Shown: positions 1-7,917, counted from the first letter of the stretch. The stretch is DNA of 64,000 nt from an uncultured Candidatus Saccharibacteria bacterium (GCA_964566505.1 CAZMIM010000002.1:46529-110528); one strand, 5' to 3'. Notes: generated by a model from the letters alone, not told the origin. A program made the numbers and translations.

Positions 1-44
1 TAGATTTGTGTCATTTCTTCTTTTGTTCCTAGTAGAAACTTCAT
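1..44 (-). CDS. rplC: 50S ribosomal protein L3, N-terminal fragment (gene runs off the window start)
   Basis: The minus-strand ATG at 42-44 translates to MKFLLGTKEEMTQI..., which matches the conserved L3 N-terminus (G-x-K-x-GMTQ). It is absent from the ORF track only because the window edge truncates it. Confidence 0.45.
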   Translation of the reverse strand, partial: MKFLLGTKEEMTQI

Positions 45-141
45 TGAAAATAAAAATATCACAGCCAAGCACTGTGATACACGATAGTGTGTCCAGTGGT
101 CCGAAATGAGTAATTTCGTACATGGCGTATTTGTAGGAGGT

Positions 142-169
142 ACTATACACTATTCCTTTTTTTATGCAA
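142..169 (-). promoter_or_regulatory. sigma70-like promoter upstream of rplC (TTGCAT-N16-TATAGT on the minus strand)
   Basis: Reverse complement reads ttgcat aaaaaaaggaatagtg tatagt, about 95 nt upstream of the rplC ATG. Confidence 0.3.
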
Positions 170-171
170 GC

Positions 172-195
172 AAAAACCGCCCGAAGGCGGTTTTT
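172..195. terminator. rho-independent terminator (bidirectional hairpin)
   Basis: aaaaaccgcccgaaggcggttttt: a GC stem flanked by an A-run and a T-run, between rpsJ and rplC. Confidence 0.55.
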
Positions 196-308
196 GTTAA
201 TCAATAGATTATTATTGATTATATTCTAGTGAAGCGAGCGTACACAAGTTTACTTGTGATACCGAGCGAACGACGAATATATAAATCGTTATAATTGCTA
301 AGCAACAT

Positions 309-332
309 AAAAACCCCTTTAAGGGGTTTTTA
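309..332. terminator. rho-independent terminator immediately downstream of rpsJ
   Basis: aaaacccctttaaggggtttt: a perfect hairpin with flanking A/T runs, 30 nt past the rpsJ stop. Confidence 0.6.
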
Positions 333-361
333 TGAAAAGCTATTGCTTTTTATAACGATTT

Positions 362-700
362 CTACATCATCTTCACATCGATGTTAACACCTGATGGAAG
401 TGATAGGTTTGTAAGTGCATCGATAATCTTTGCACCTGGGTTCACGATATCAATGAGTCGCTTGTGTGTTCGCATCTCAAATTGCTCTCGCGCATCTTTG
501 TGCACAAACGTTGAGCGATTCACTGTGTGCTTTTTGATTTCAGTTGGAAGCGGAACAGGACCTCGCACATGAGCATTAAGCTTCATAGCTGTATCCATAA
601 TCTGCTTCACTGAAGCATCGAGAATCTTGCTGTCGTATGCGCGTACACGCATTCGTAGCAATTGGGTTACTTCTTCTTTTTTCTTAGTAGCTGCGGTCAT
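362..700 (-). CDS. rpsJ: 30S ribosomal protein S10
   Basis: The 112-aa ORF carries the conserved S10 motifs (RIRL.AYD...VRGPVPLPT...HKDAREQFE.RTHKRLIDI). Confidence 0.9.
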   Translation of the reverse strand: MTAATKKKEEVTQLLRMRVRAYDSKILDASVKQIMDTAMKLNAHVRGPVPLPTEIKKHTVNRSTFVHKDAREQFEMRTHKRLIDIVNPGAKIIDALTNLSLPSGVNIDVKMM

Positions 701-728
701 AAATAATTCTTCGAGTGAAACGAGTTAG

Positions 729-777
729 AGATTATTTATCCGCCTTAGTTTTATCTTTGATAAAAGTATGTGCGGAT
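729..777 (-). promoter_or_regulatory. conserved 5'-leader hairpin of the rpsJ transcript (shared with the rplJ leader)
   Basis: attatttatccgcc...gtgcggattctct is a hairpin ATCCGC/GCGGAT sitting just downstream of a TTGTGA-N16-TATTAT promoter. A near-identical block lies at 5105-5150 upstream of rplJ. Confidence 0.45.
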
Positions 778-783
778 TCTCTA

Positions 784-811
784 TAATATTTTACCATTGT
801 TGCCCTCACAA
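784..811 (-). promoter_or_regulatory. sigma70-like promoter for rpsJ (TTGTGA-N16-TATTAT on the minus strand)
   Basis: Read on the reverse complement, the -35 and -10 hexamers are correctly spaced and sit immediately upstream of the leader hairpin. Confidence 0.35.
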
Positions 812-873
812 ATTTTCGCTCCGCGAAACTTAGGAGGGCCTGTAAATTATGGTCGTTTCAACTCCCTAATTTA

Positions 874-2073
874 CTAGGCAACAACCTTTGTTACTACTCC
901 AGCCCCTACAGTCTTACCACCCTCTCGGATAGCAAACCGTTGCTTCTCTTCAAGCGCAACTGGTGCGATAAGTTTTACTTTGAAAGTAATAGTATCACCA
1001 GGCATAACCATCTCTGTTCCATCTGGAAGGGTTACGTCTCCTGTTACGTCTGTTGTTCGAATGTAGAACTGTGGCTTATATCCAGAGAAGAATGGTGTGT
1101 GTCGTCCTCCTTCTTCTTTAGAAAGAATATACACCTCTGCTTCAAACTCTGTGTGAGGATTTACTGAGCCAGTCTTTGCAAGAACCTGTCCTCGTGTAAC
1201 GTCCTCTTTCTTGAGACCTCGTAGAAGAATTCCTGCGTTGTCTCCTGCCATACCTTCTTGAAGTTGTTTGTTGAACATCTCCACTCCAGTAACAGTTGTT
1301 TTCATTGTGTCCTTGATTCCAACAATCTCAATCTCTTCTCCTACCTTTACGATTCCTCGCTCGATACGACCAGTTACTACTGTTCCTCGTCCTTCGATTG
1401 AGAATACGTCCTCGATAGGCATCAAGAATGGCTTATCAGTCTCTCGTTCTGGTGTTGGAATGTACTCGTCGATTGCCTTTGCAAGGTCAAGTACTTTCTG
1501 TGCCCACTCATCGTTGATGTCAGTTGCCTCAAGAGCCTTGAGTGCTGAACCTTTGATGATTGGTGCGTTCTCACCATCGAACTCGTACTTAGAAAGAAGT
1601 TCTCGAATCTCTTCTTCCACCAAGTCTACAAGCTCAGGGTCATCAACCATATCTACCTTGTTGATGAATACAATAATTTTTGGCACACCTACTTGTCGTG
1701 CAAGAAGGATGTGTTCTCGGGTTTGTGGCATCAAACCGTCTGTAGCAGCCACCACAAGTACGGCACCGTCCATCTGCGCGGCACCAGTAATCATGTTTTT
1801 AATGTAGTCTGCGTGACCTGGCGCATCAACGTGCGCGTAGTGTCGTGAAGGTGTTTGGTACTCTACGTGCGCAAGCGCAATAGTAATACCTCGAGCTTTC
1901 TCTTCAGGAGCGTTGTCGATTGCGTCAACACCCTTTCCTTGTGAAGAGTACCCGTCTCCAGCTATGTTAAGTACATTAAGAATAGCTGCAGTAAGTGTGG
2001 TCTTTCCATGGTCAACGTGGCCGATTGTACCTACGTTCACGTGTGGCTTTGACCGATCAAATGCATCTGCCAT
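874..2073 (-). CDS. tuf: elongation factor Tu
   Basis: The 399-aa ORF has the [14 protein letters not shown]1 motif, DCPGH, and NKVD; the match to EF-Tu is full length. Confidence 0.97.
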   Translation of the reverse strand: MADAFDRSKPHVNVGTIGHVDHGKTTLTAAILNVLNIAGDGYSSQGKGVDAIDNAPEEKARGITIALAHVEYQTPSRHYAHVDAPGHADYIKNMITGAAQMDGAVLVVAATDGLMPQTREHILLARQVGVPKIIVFINKVDMVDDPELVDLVEEEIRELLSKYEFDGENAPIIKGSALKALEATDINDEWAQKVLDLAKAIDEYIPTPERETDKPFLMPIEDVFSIEGRGTVVTGRIERGIVKVGEEIEIVGIKDTMKTTVTGVEMFNKQLQEGMAGDNAGILLRGLKKEDVTRGQVLAKTGSVNPHTEFEAEVYILSKEEGGRHTPFFSGYKPQFYIRTTDVTGDVTLPDGTEMVMPGDTITFKVKLIAPVALEEKQRFAIREGGKTVGAGVVTKVVA

Positions 2074-2264
2074 AACTAAACAATTAATTTAATAAAACTG
2101 CCACATAGCAACACGAGAGCGCGCGAGATGCCTCTCGCGTTGCTGTGTGTAATGTGTACCTCGCCTTCTATGAAGGTGTACGCCTAGATTAAAAAGACGC
2201 ACAATCTCGTGTACGTGTCCGTATCATAACAAATATCTTAGGTGCGTCAACACTTTTTATGAAC

Positions 2265-2293
2265 AAAAACCGCCCTATAAAGAGGCGGTTTTT
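2265..2293. terminator. rho-independent terminator downstream of the 2318-3004 gene
   Basis: aaaaaccgccctataaagaggcggttttt. Confidence 0.6.
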
Positions 2294-2317
2294 GAAATCA
2301 AAGGATTTTTGAGTTCC

Positions 2318-3004
2318 TTATCGGTGTGAAATCTCTTTTCGAAGATTTTCAACATAGTCTGCAGCAGCTTTTTGACCACCAAGACCAAATGAAAGTCCGA
2401 ATGCAAGTGCAAGTGCAATTATCACTCCTGTGAATAGAGTTTGGATAAATGCAGCTGCAACACCAAGTTGGAATAGTGCAGCAAGAGCAGCAAATATCCA
2501 AATCGCCCATCGTGTGAGCGCTCCTAGGAAGTTTGCTGACCGCATGTGTGCGGCACGTGCTGAACCAACTACAACATTCTCCATTGCCTCAGCAATAACT
2601 GCGGCAACAAGCATGATAAGTACTGCAACGATTACCTTAGGAAGGAATAGAAGCACTACTTGTTGTAGGAATACATTGACTTGGCTGAGTCCAAGAACAT
2701 CCAATGAAGCAACGAGAAATACTACAATTACGAACCATTTTACGAGTGCTCCTAGGAATGCTCCAGAATCAAGCTTCATACCTGCTCGTGAAACTGCAGA
2801 TTCAAAACCTGCGCTTCGTAGTGCATTATCAAGCTTCAATGAGTGAATGATTTGAGCTACCGCTCGTCCAAGAACAGCACCAATTACCCATCCAAGGATG
2901 AAGATAATGATTGCTACTACTAGAGCTGGAATAAATTCAACTACTCCTACCCATAGATCTTGAAATGAACGTGTCAGAACGTCACTCCATGTATTAATAA
3001 GCAT
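2318..3004 (-). CDS. polytopic membrane protein with conserved-TM-helix repeats (MscS-associated-type TM repeat family, unclear function)
   Basis: The 228-aa ORF has four or more hydrophobic helices and a repeated FLxxVVxxxIxxxL-type pattern. It has no catalytic motifs. Confidence 0.5.
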   Translation of the reverse strand: MLINTWSDVLTRSFQDLWVGVVEFIPALVVAIIIFILGWVIGAVLGRAVAQIIHSLKLDNALRSAGFESAVSRAGMKLDSGAFLGALVKWFVIVVFLVASLDVLGLSQVNVFLQQVVLLFLPKVIVAVLIMLVAAVIAEAMENVVVGSARAAHMRSANFLGALTRWAIWIFAALAALFQLGVAAAFIQTLFTGVIIALALAFGLSFGLGGQKAAADYVENLRKEISHR

Positions 3005-3140
3005 AATATCTAGACATTATTAGTAATGATTTAAAATTACGACCTATTTTGACTATATCGTAATGATATGGGGATATAATAGCACTCTAGAGCAATCTCT
3101 ACACAACACAAAATGTGGATAATCATTAGTCTTGGACTGA

Positions 3141-3165
3141 AAAAGCCCTATTACAAGGGCTTTTT
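3141..3165. terminator. rho-independent terminator
   Basis: aaaagccctattacaagggcttttt, downstream of the 3171-3788 gene. Confidence 0.55.
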
Positions 3166-3170
3166 GACAT

Positions 3171-3788
3171 CTAAATACCTATCTTATTTAGTACTTTCTC
3201 ATGTGGAAACTCAAGAACATCTCGCACAAGCTTGTCATATACATTCATACGATACTGAAACTCATCAGTAGAAAATACTGCATACCTTAGCTCCTTCCCT
3301 ATCTCTGATTCTATCTTTCGAACGACCCTATCGAGAGCACCCTTCTTTATTTTGTCTCCCACAATAAGAAGGTCTACTCGTGAATCTGGAATCTGAAGAA
3401 ATACTCCTGAGATAATAACAAGCTTTGGAGCACCTGCTGGCTTAATACGGTCCAAAACCTCGAGTCTTTCATTTCGTCTTCCTTGTATAAGAAGCTTATG
3501 AAGCCCTGAAAGATACGGAAATGTTTTATCAAGCATGAAGCCATTTGTCTTTTGCTTCTTTGTTACCACTTCTTTTCCTTTCTTTTTCTTTACCTCTTTA
3601 TAAAATACCTTTGGTTTTATAAGACCAACCGATTTAAGCATGTTTACAACACGGCGTACCATATCAGTCTTCACCTGAGTTTTCTTTGAAATCATTTTGA
3701 TGTCATATGCTGTGCCCGGGTTAGACATAAAAAGTCGCATTATCTTCACTCGCGATACTCCACCAAATAGTTTTGCTAGTATTTCCAT
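3171..3788 (-). CDS. hypothetical protein, N-terminal winged-helix-like region; possible DNA-binding protein
   Basis: The 205-aa ORF has a basic N-terminal HTH-like segment (RVKIMRLFMSNPGTAYDIKMISKKTQV...). Its C-terminal half has a DxD-like VDLLIVGD segment, and it is not assignable to a family. Confidence 0.4.
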   Translation of the reverse strand: MEILAKLFGGVSRVKIMRLFMSNPGTAYDIKMISKKTQVKTDMVRRVVNMLKSVGLIKPKVFYKEVKKKKGKEVVTKKQKTNGFMLDKTFPYLSGLHKLLIQGRRNERLEVLDRIKPAGAPKLVIISGVFLQIPDSRVDLLIVGDKIKKGALDRVVRKIESEIGKELRYAVFSTDEFQYRMNVYDKLVRDVLEFPHEKVLNKIGI

Positions 3789-3986
3789 CCCGATAGTGAT
3801 AGGAACCGCTTATTAAGCGTTTCCGAAAATTAGTTTGTAAATTAAGTTTTTCATAAGACTTTAACTTATCCCGATATTTTGAGTATTCAAAAATAACTCA
3901 ATCACTATCGGGACCATATGTTTTGAGTATACACACGAGCACAGTGCTCTAAAAGTAGACAGCGTGTCTATATCAGTTTTTAATTC

Positions 3987-4012
3987 AAAAACCGCCCATT
4001 TGGGCGGTTTTT
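3987..4012. terminator. rho-independent terminator downstream of rplL
   Basis: aaaaaccgcccatttgggcggttttt. Confidence 0.6.
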
Positions 4013-4059
4013 GTCTGGTCGGTGTGTAGTGTAGTTCTCAAATTACCCAACCTACAGGA

Positions 4060-4581
4060 TTATTTAAGATTTACTGTACCTCCTGCTTCCTCAACAGCTG
4101 ACTTAATAGCCTCTGCGTCATCCTTTGATGCTCCTTCCTTGAGTGCAACAGGTGCTCCTTCTACAAGGTCTTTTGCCTCCTTGAGACCAAGACCAAGTGC
4201 AGCCTTAACGGCTTTGATAACACCAATCTTTGAATCACCAAATGATGCAAGCTCTACAGTGAATGAGTCTTTCTCTTCCCCTGCGTCACCTCCTGCACCT
4301 GGTGCAGCTACTGCAACAGCGGCAGCTGATACTCCAAACTTCTTCTCAAGTACTTTTACAAGTGAGTGAAGCTCGAGCACTGACATTGCTTCAATTTTTG
4401 AAACAATCTCTTCAAATTCTTTTGGAATCTCTACCTCTTCCTCTGCCTCTTCTGCAGGAGAGTCATCTGAAGATGTCTCTTCTGTAGCCTCAGCTGGAGC
4501 GGCTTCTTCTTCCTTTGTTTCTTCTGCAGTCTCGGGAGTAGTCTCCTCTACTGCTTCAGTGTTTGTGTTTTCTTCAGTCAT
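4060..4581 (-). CDS. rplL: 50S ribosomal protein L7/L12 with an about 55-aa acidic N-terminal extension
   Basis: The C-terminal 115 aa match the L7/L12 NTD, hinge and CTD ([30 protein letters not shown]...[31 protein letters not shown]). The first ~55 aa are E/T/A-rich low complexity, and no in-frame ATG or GTG lies just before the NTD. Confidence 0.8.
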   Translation of the reverse strand: MTEENTNTEAVEETTPETAEETKEEEAAPAEATEETSSDDSPAEEAEEEVEIPKEFEEIVSKIEAMSVLELHSLVKVLEKKFGVSAAAVAVAAPGAGGDAGEEKDSFTVELASFGDSKIGVIKAVKAALGLGLKEAKDLVEGAPVALKEGASKDDAEAIKSAVEEAGGTVNLK

Positions 4582-4584
4582 AAT

Positions 4585-5073
4585 TTATGCCTTACTCTCA
4601 GCGATTGCATTGATTACTCGTGCAAAACCGCTAATTGGTGAATTAATAATCTGTACAAATTGTCCTCGTAGAACATCAAGACCTGGAATCTGTGCAATCT
4701 CTGTGATTTCCTCTTTTGAAAGAAGTTTCTTTTCAAATACTCCACCGACTAGTGCAATATTTTCCTTGTACTTCTTTTGGAACTCATAGATTTCGCGAGC
4801 AGAACCAGTTTCATCATCTGAGTATGCAATAGCAATCTCTCCATCAAGTGCTGGTGCCTCTCCTTCAAATGAAGTGTCAGCGAGCGCTCGGTGAATCAAA
4901 CTCTTCTTTGCAACATAGTATGATACTCCGCTATCTCGAAGCGCACCTCGCATAGCAGTTGTGTCATCTACATTAAGTCCGTGAAAGTTCACAAACGCAA
5001 TAGAAGTAGCATTCTCAAATATATCTTTGAGTTTTGAAACAATCTGTTCTTTTTTCTCTTTTGTAATTGCCAT
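4585..5073 (-). CDS. rplJ: 50S ribosomal protein L10
   Basis: The 162-aa ORF aligns with L10 over its full length and sits in the canonical position directly upstream of rplL. Confidence 0.9.
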   Translation of the reverse strand: MAITKEKKEQIVSKLKDIFENATSIAFVNFHGLNVDDTTAMRGALRDSGVSYYVAKKSLIHRALADTSFEGEAPALDGEIAIAYSDDETGSAREIYEFQKKYKENIALVGGVFEKKLLSKEEITEIAQIPGLDVLRGQFVQIINSPISGFARVINAIAESKA

Positions 5074-5104
5074 AAATAATTTCTTAATGAGCGAAGTGAA
5101 TTTA

Positions 5105-5150
5105 GAAATTATTTATCCGCCTAAGTTTCCGAAGGAAAATTTGTGCGGAT
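5105..5150 (-). promoter_or_regulatory. conserved 5'-leader hairpin of the rplJ transcript (second copy of the rpsJ-leader motif)
   Basis: attatttatccgcctaagttt...gtgcggattttct forms the same ATCCGC/GCGGAT hairpin and flanks as 729-777. Confidence 0.45.
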
Positions 5151-5176
5151 TTTCTAAAACACCTTTCACTCGAAAT

Positions 5177-5199
5177 TAAAAAACCTCTCGCAAGAGAGG
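5177..5199 (-). terminator. terminator or attenuator hairpin in the rplJ leader
   Basis: On the minus strand, cctctcttgcgagagg is followed by a T6 run, about 110 nt upstream of the rplJ start. Confidence 0.45.
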
Positions 5200-5295
5200 G
5201 TCAAAGCCATAATATGCAAAAAGCATAGTAGTTCGACCTAACACAGGATTTATATGTCCCGAGGGGTAACCTATGATCTCCGGCTTATGGGACAT

Positions 5296-5324
5296 ACAAT
5301 ACACAAAAGACATGTATAAGTCAA
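5296..5324 (-). promoter_or_regulatory. sigma70-like promoter, TTGACT-N17-TATTGT (minus strand)
   Basis: The same TTGAC(C/T)-N17-TATTGT architecture recurs at 24352-24380 and 24729-24757. It would drive a ~100-nt leader or sRNA that ends at the 5177-5199 hairpin, or reads through into rplJ. Confidence 0.35.
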
Positions 5325-5341
5325 CGACTTCTCTTTAAAAC

Positions 5342-5378
5342 AAAAAAAAAAGCGCGGTTCTCGAGTCGAGAACCGCGC
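5342..5378 (-). terminator. strong rho-independent terminator (27-nt hairpin plus T10) on the minus strand
   Basis: gcgcggttctcgagtcgagaaccgcgc is followed on the minus strand by ten T residues. Confidence 0.65.
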
Positions 5379-5379
5379 C

Positions 5380-5640
5380 GGCTAGCGCAGGGCTAGATTT
5401 TAACCCCAGGAAGCTGAGGCCGACCATCTTGCTTCATCTCTGGGGAGATGGTCATAAGGTGTTGTGAAAAGAATATCAAACATTTGTAGTTCCTGTACCC
5501 CATAGGGTGCTACCTCCTGTTCGATACGCTGACCTGTCTGGTCAGTCTTTCCAGCTCTTTTAATGTACGAATCTATAAATAGTATAGCGCATACAAGATA
5601 TTTGTCAAGCGATTTTATCTTTTCTTTTTTAAAAAACTAA
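5380..5640 (-). ncRNA. candidate structured non-coding RNA (unidentified) ending at the 5342-5378 terminator
   Basis: The 670-nt stretch between rplJ and the SIMPL gene has no ORF of 60 aa or more. It contains several nested stems (ccccag...ctgggg, gaccatct...agatggtc, gctgacc...ggtcagt), and a strong terminator ends it on the minus strand. Confidence 0.2.
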
Positions 5641-5665
5641 AAAACAGCTTTGTTGAGCCATCAAA

Positions 5666-5690
5666 ACGGCTCACTTTTAAAGTGAGCCGT
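5666..5690. terminator. rho-independent terminator downstream of the 5748-6554 gene
   Basis: acggctcacttttaaagtgagccgt; nearly the same hairpin recurs at 63717-63749. Confidence 0.55.
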
Positions 5691-5747
5691 TGAATATACT
5701 TAGTCTTTACCCACGAGCTCCAAGTTCTGAGCTCTGAGCACCAATAC

Positions 5748-6554
5748 TTAACGAATTTGGTATGTAATTGTTACTGTTGAACGAATTGTATTCTCTCCAA
5801 CAGGGATATTTGCTGTCGGATAAGAAACCGCACCGTCCATCATCGCATCTCCTCCATATGCTCGTGATTCTGCATACATCACACCTGGATACCCCCTATC
5901 TTCATAAAAGCTAGCTACTCTTACAATCCTTACACCAAGATCTTTTGCAAGTCGCTTTGCTTTTTCTTCCGCATCTTCAATCGCCTGCTCTCTTGCATCC
6001 GCTTTTAGTGTGTCCTCGTCATCAATTGAGAAATTGATTCCTGAAACATTATCAGCCCCTTCATTTCCTACAAGTGATAGCAAATTACCAACCGCTTCAG
6101 TGTCTCGAACTTTTACTTGTACAGCATGATTTACCTCATATCCGCGAAGCTCTTCTCGTCCTGGCTCACATGGATATGTAATACACTGAATTCTAATGTA
6201 GTCGTATTGTGGGTAAATGTTGTAGCTAAGAGTTTTGATGTCTTTTTCTTCTACATCATTCTCTTTAAGCAAATCAAGAATTGCATTCATTTCTCTTGTA
6301 ACAACCTCTTGTGCTGAAGCAACATCCTTTGCCTCTTCTCGCACAGTGAATGTAAATGTTGCTACATCTGGAATAGCCACCACTTCCCCTTCTCCTGTAA
6401 CACTAATAGTGTTTTGATACGCAAACTCAGAACCGATAAATCGAGTCTCTTTTGCTTCATTAATAAACTTAAATAGCACAAACAACGAAAGAACAGTTAG
6501 GAGCAAAAGTCCCATGTTTACAAGCTGTTTTGTTTTATTCTCTGGAATAATCAT
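5748..6554 (-). CDS. SIMPL-domain (DUF541/YggE-like) secreted or membrane-anchored protein
   Basis: The 268-aa ORF has an N-terminal TM or signal segment, then ISVTGEGEVVAIPDVATFTFTV and the rest of the SIMPL-family pattern. Confidence 0.65.
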   Translation of the reverse strand: MIIPENKTKQLVNMGLLLLTVLSLFVLFKFINEAKETRFIGSEFAYQNTISVTGEGEVVAIPDVATFTFTVREEAKDVASAQEVVTREMNAILDLLKENDVEEKDIKTLSYNIYPQYDYIRIQCITYPCEPGREELRGYEVNHAVQVKVRDTEAVGNLLSLVGNEGADNVSGINFSIDDEDTLKADAREQAIEDAEEKAKRLAKDLGVRIVRVASFYEDRGYPGVMYAESRAYGGDAMMDGAVSYPTANIPVGENTIRSTVTITYQIR

Positions 6555-6721
6555 ATGTATATATGGTTATTATCTTTATAATCACCCGTAGTATAACACC
6601 CTTATATAAATAAGAAACTCTTTTGTATAAAAGGCATCTAATTGTTGACCATAGTGTATTTTTATGGTATCTTCCCGACGGAATTGAAACTAAACAACCA
6701 ACCATCTTTTGAGGTAATTCA

Positions 6722-7852
6722 ATGAAAAAGATTCTTTGGTGGATTGCACTCTTGGCACTCGTGCCGATGTTTGCAACCGCCCAGCAGATGGAGTACACCA
6801 GCACGGAAAAATTTCCTGTCGGTGAACACGAAGCTCCTGTAAGCCTCAGGACAGAACTGCGCGACGCTGTGTGCGGAGAAATCCGTGGCGAAGCGCACGT
6901 TATTGTACGAGGACACTACGACAGTCGTGAATACCCACTGGACAACCATGATCAGCAGTTCTTTTTAGGGCTCAGACGTGGTGCTGATGTAGCTCAATAC
7001 ATGGAACGCGTGTGCGCAATGCACAGAAGCAACTTCTCAGTACAGAGCTCATTTGCGCCCGGTGATCCGGACGACCCTCAAGGGAACGAGTCCAGAACAG
7101 TCACAATCATTTGGGGATTCTCAGATACTTCAGACTTCCAAACGGCTCAAGACTCCTACAACATGGACCTGGAGGACTTCTTCAACGAATTCCTCAATCC
7201 TTGGAAGGAGCTTGATCTTGCAAACCAGGCAGAAATGCTTGAGATTATGCGTTCTGTTGATGAGAAAATGATTGCATCGCAACTACAGCTTGCAAACATC
7301 TCTCGTCAAATCGATGAGCTTGCAGCCATGTCATGGAAACTCCCTCGCTGGAGCTTCCAGACCGGCATGCAGTTCTCGAGCAAATTTGGAACTGGCTTCA
7401 CCTTCTCGCTTTGTCGTAACTACTTTGACCAGAACATCGACTTCTGCCTCAAAGCATTTGCGGAAAACGAAAGCCACGAAGCACAAGCACTGCACCGCCC
7501 CTACCCTAATCAAGAAGTTCTTCATTGGGGAAAGTGGTACAGTGCCTCACTCATCATCAGGCCGTACCTGAAGAGCTTGGGCGAAAGTGCTCGAATCTTC
7601 ATGGACCTCGGTATCGGAGTAGCTCACGTGAACTACAATGGACCTCCGGACAAAAGCATCGGATACAACACTACCGGCATCATGCCCTCGATCGGATTTG
7701 GTCTCAAAACCAGATGGCGTTCGTGGGGGCTGGAGTTCGTAGGTACCGAGGAAGTCTGGATGTTCCCACAAGGCGTGGTGCTCCCGTCTTTCGAAGATGG
7801 TGACTACCATGTGAGCCTAGCTGGCTCTTTTGCTCTTTCGTATCATTTCTAG
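6722..7852 (+). CDS. OmpA-like domain protein with a C-terminal OMP-type beta-barrel; anomalously GC-rich
   Basis: The 376-aa ORF has a signal peptide (MKKILWWIALLALVPMFATAQQ) and an OmpA_C-like segment (VIVRGHYDSREYPLDNHDQQFFLGLRRGADVAQYM). Its C-terminal 150 aa are alternating-hydrophobic beta-strand sequence ending in ...SLAGSFALSYHF, a terminal aromatic typical of BamA substrates. The gene's GC looks 10 or more points above its flanks. Confidence 0.6.
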   Translation: MKKILWWIALLALVPMFATAQQMEYTSTEKFPVGEHEAPVSLRTELRDAVCGEIRGEAHVIVRGHYDSREYPLDNHDQQFFLGLRRGADVAQYMERVCAMHRSNFSVQSSFAPGDPDDPQGNESRTVTIIWGFSDTSDFQTAQDSYNMDLEDFFNEFLNPWKELDLANQAEMLEIMRSVDEKMIASQLQLANISRQIDELAAMSWKLPRWSFQTGMQFSSKFGTGFTFSLCRNYFDQNIDFCLKAFAENESHEAQALHRPYPNQEVLHWGKWYSASLIIRPYLKSLGESARIFMDLGIGVAHVNYNGPPDKSIGYNTTGIMPSIGFGLKTRWRSWGLEFVGTEEVWMFPQGVVLPSFEDGDYHVSLAGSFALSYHF

Positions 7853-7874
7853 GAAGTACCGCTTCCTATACAAA

Positions 7875-7903
7875 ACGCCCCGTTGCAGAATGCAACGGGG
7901 CGT
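7875..7903. terminator. bidirectional rho-independent terminator
   Basis: acgccccgttgcagaatgcaacggggcgt lies between two convergent genes. Confidence 0.6.
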
Positions 7904-7917
7904 CTTTCGTTTAATCT

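Noticed and set aside
1268-1807. 179-aa plus-strand ORF inside tuf, and similar antisense ORFs inside rplL, polA, virB6-like and other long genes.
   Set aside because: These are antisense shadow ORFs within strongly supported genes on the opposite strand. They are low-complexity and their products have no motifs.
3789-3912. 12-bp inverted repeat cccgatagtgat / atcactatcggg separated by about 100 nt upstream of the 3171-3788 gene.
   Set aside because: It is short and unique within the window. It could be an operator for the adjacent HTH-like protein, but the evidence is too thin to call a feature.
5380-5470. Possible SRP (4.5S) RNA, suggested by a CAGGUCAG / GGAGGUAGCAC-like stretch.
   Set aside because: The resemblance to the conserved helix-8 motif (GGUCCGGAAGGAAGCAGCC) is partial and I cannot fold a convincing SRP hairpin by eye. 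It is kept only as an unidentified structured-RNA candidate.
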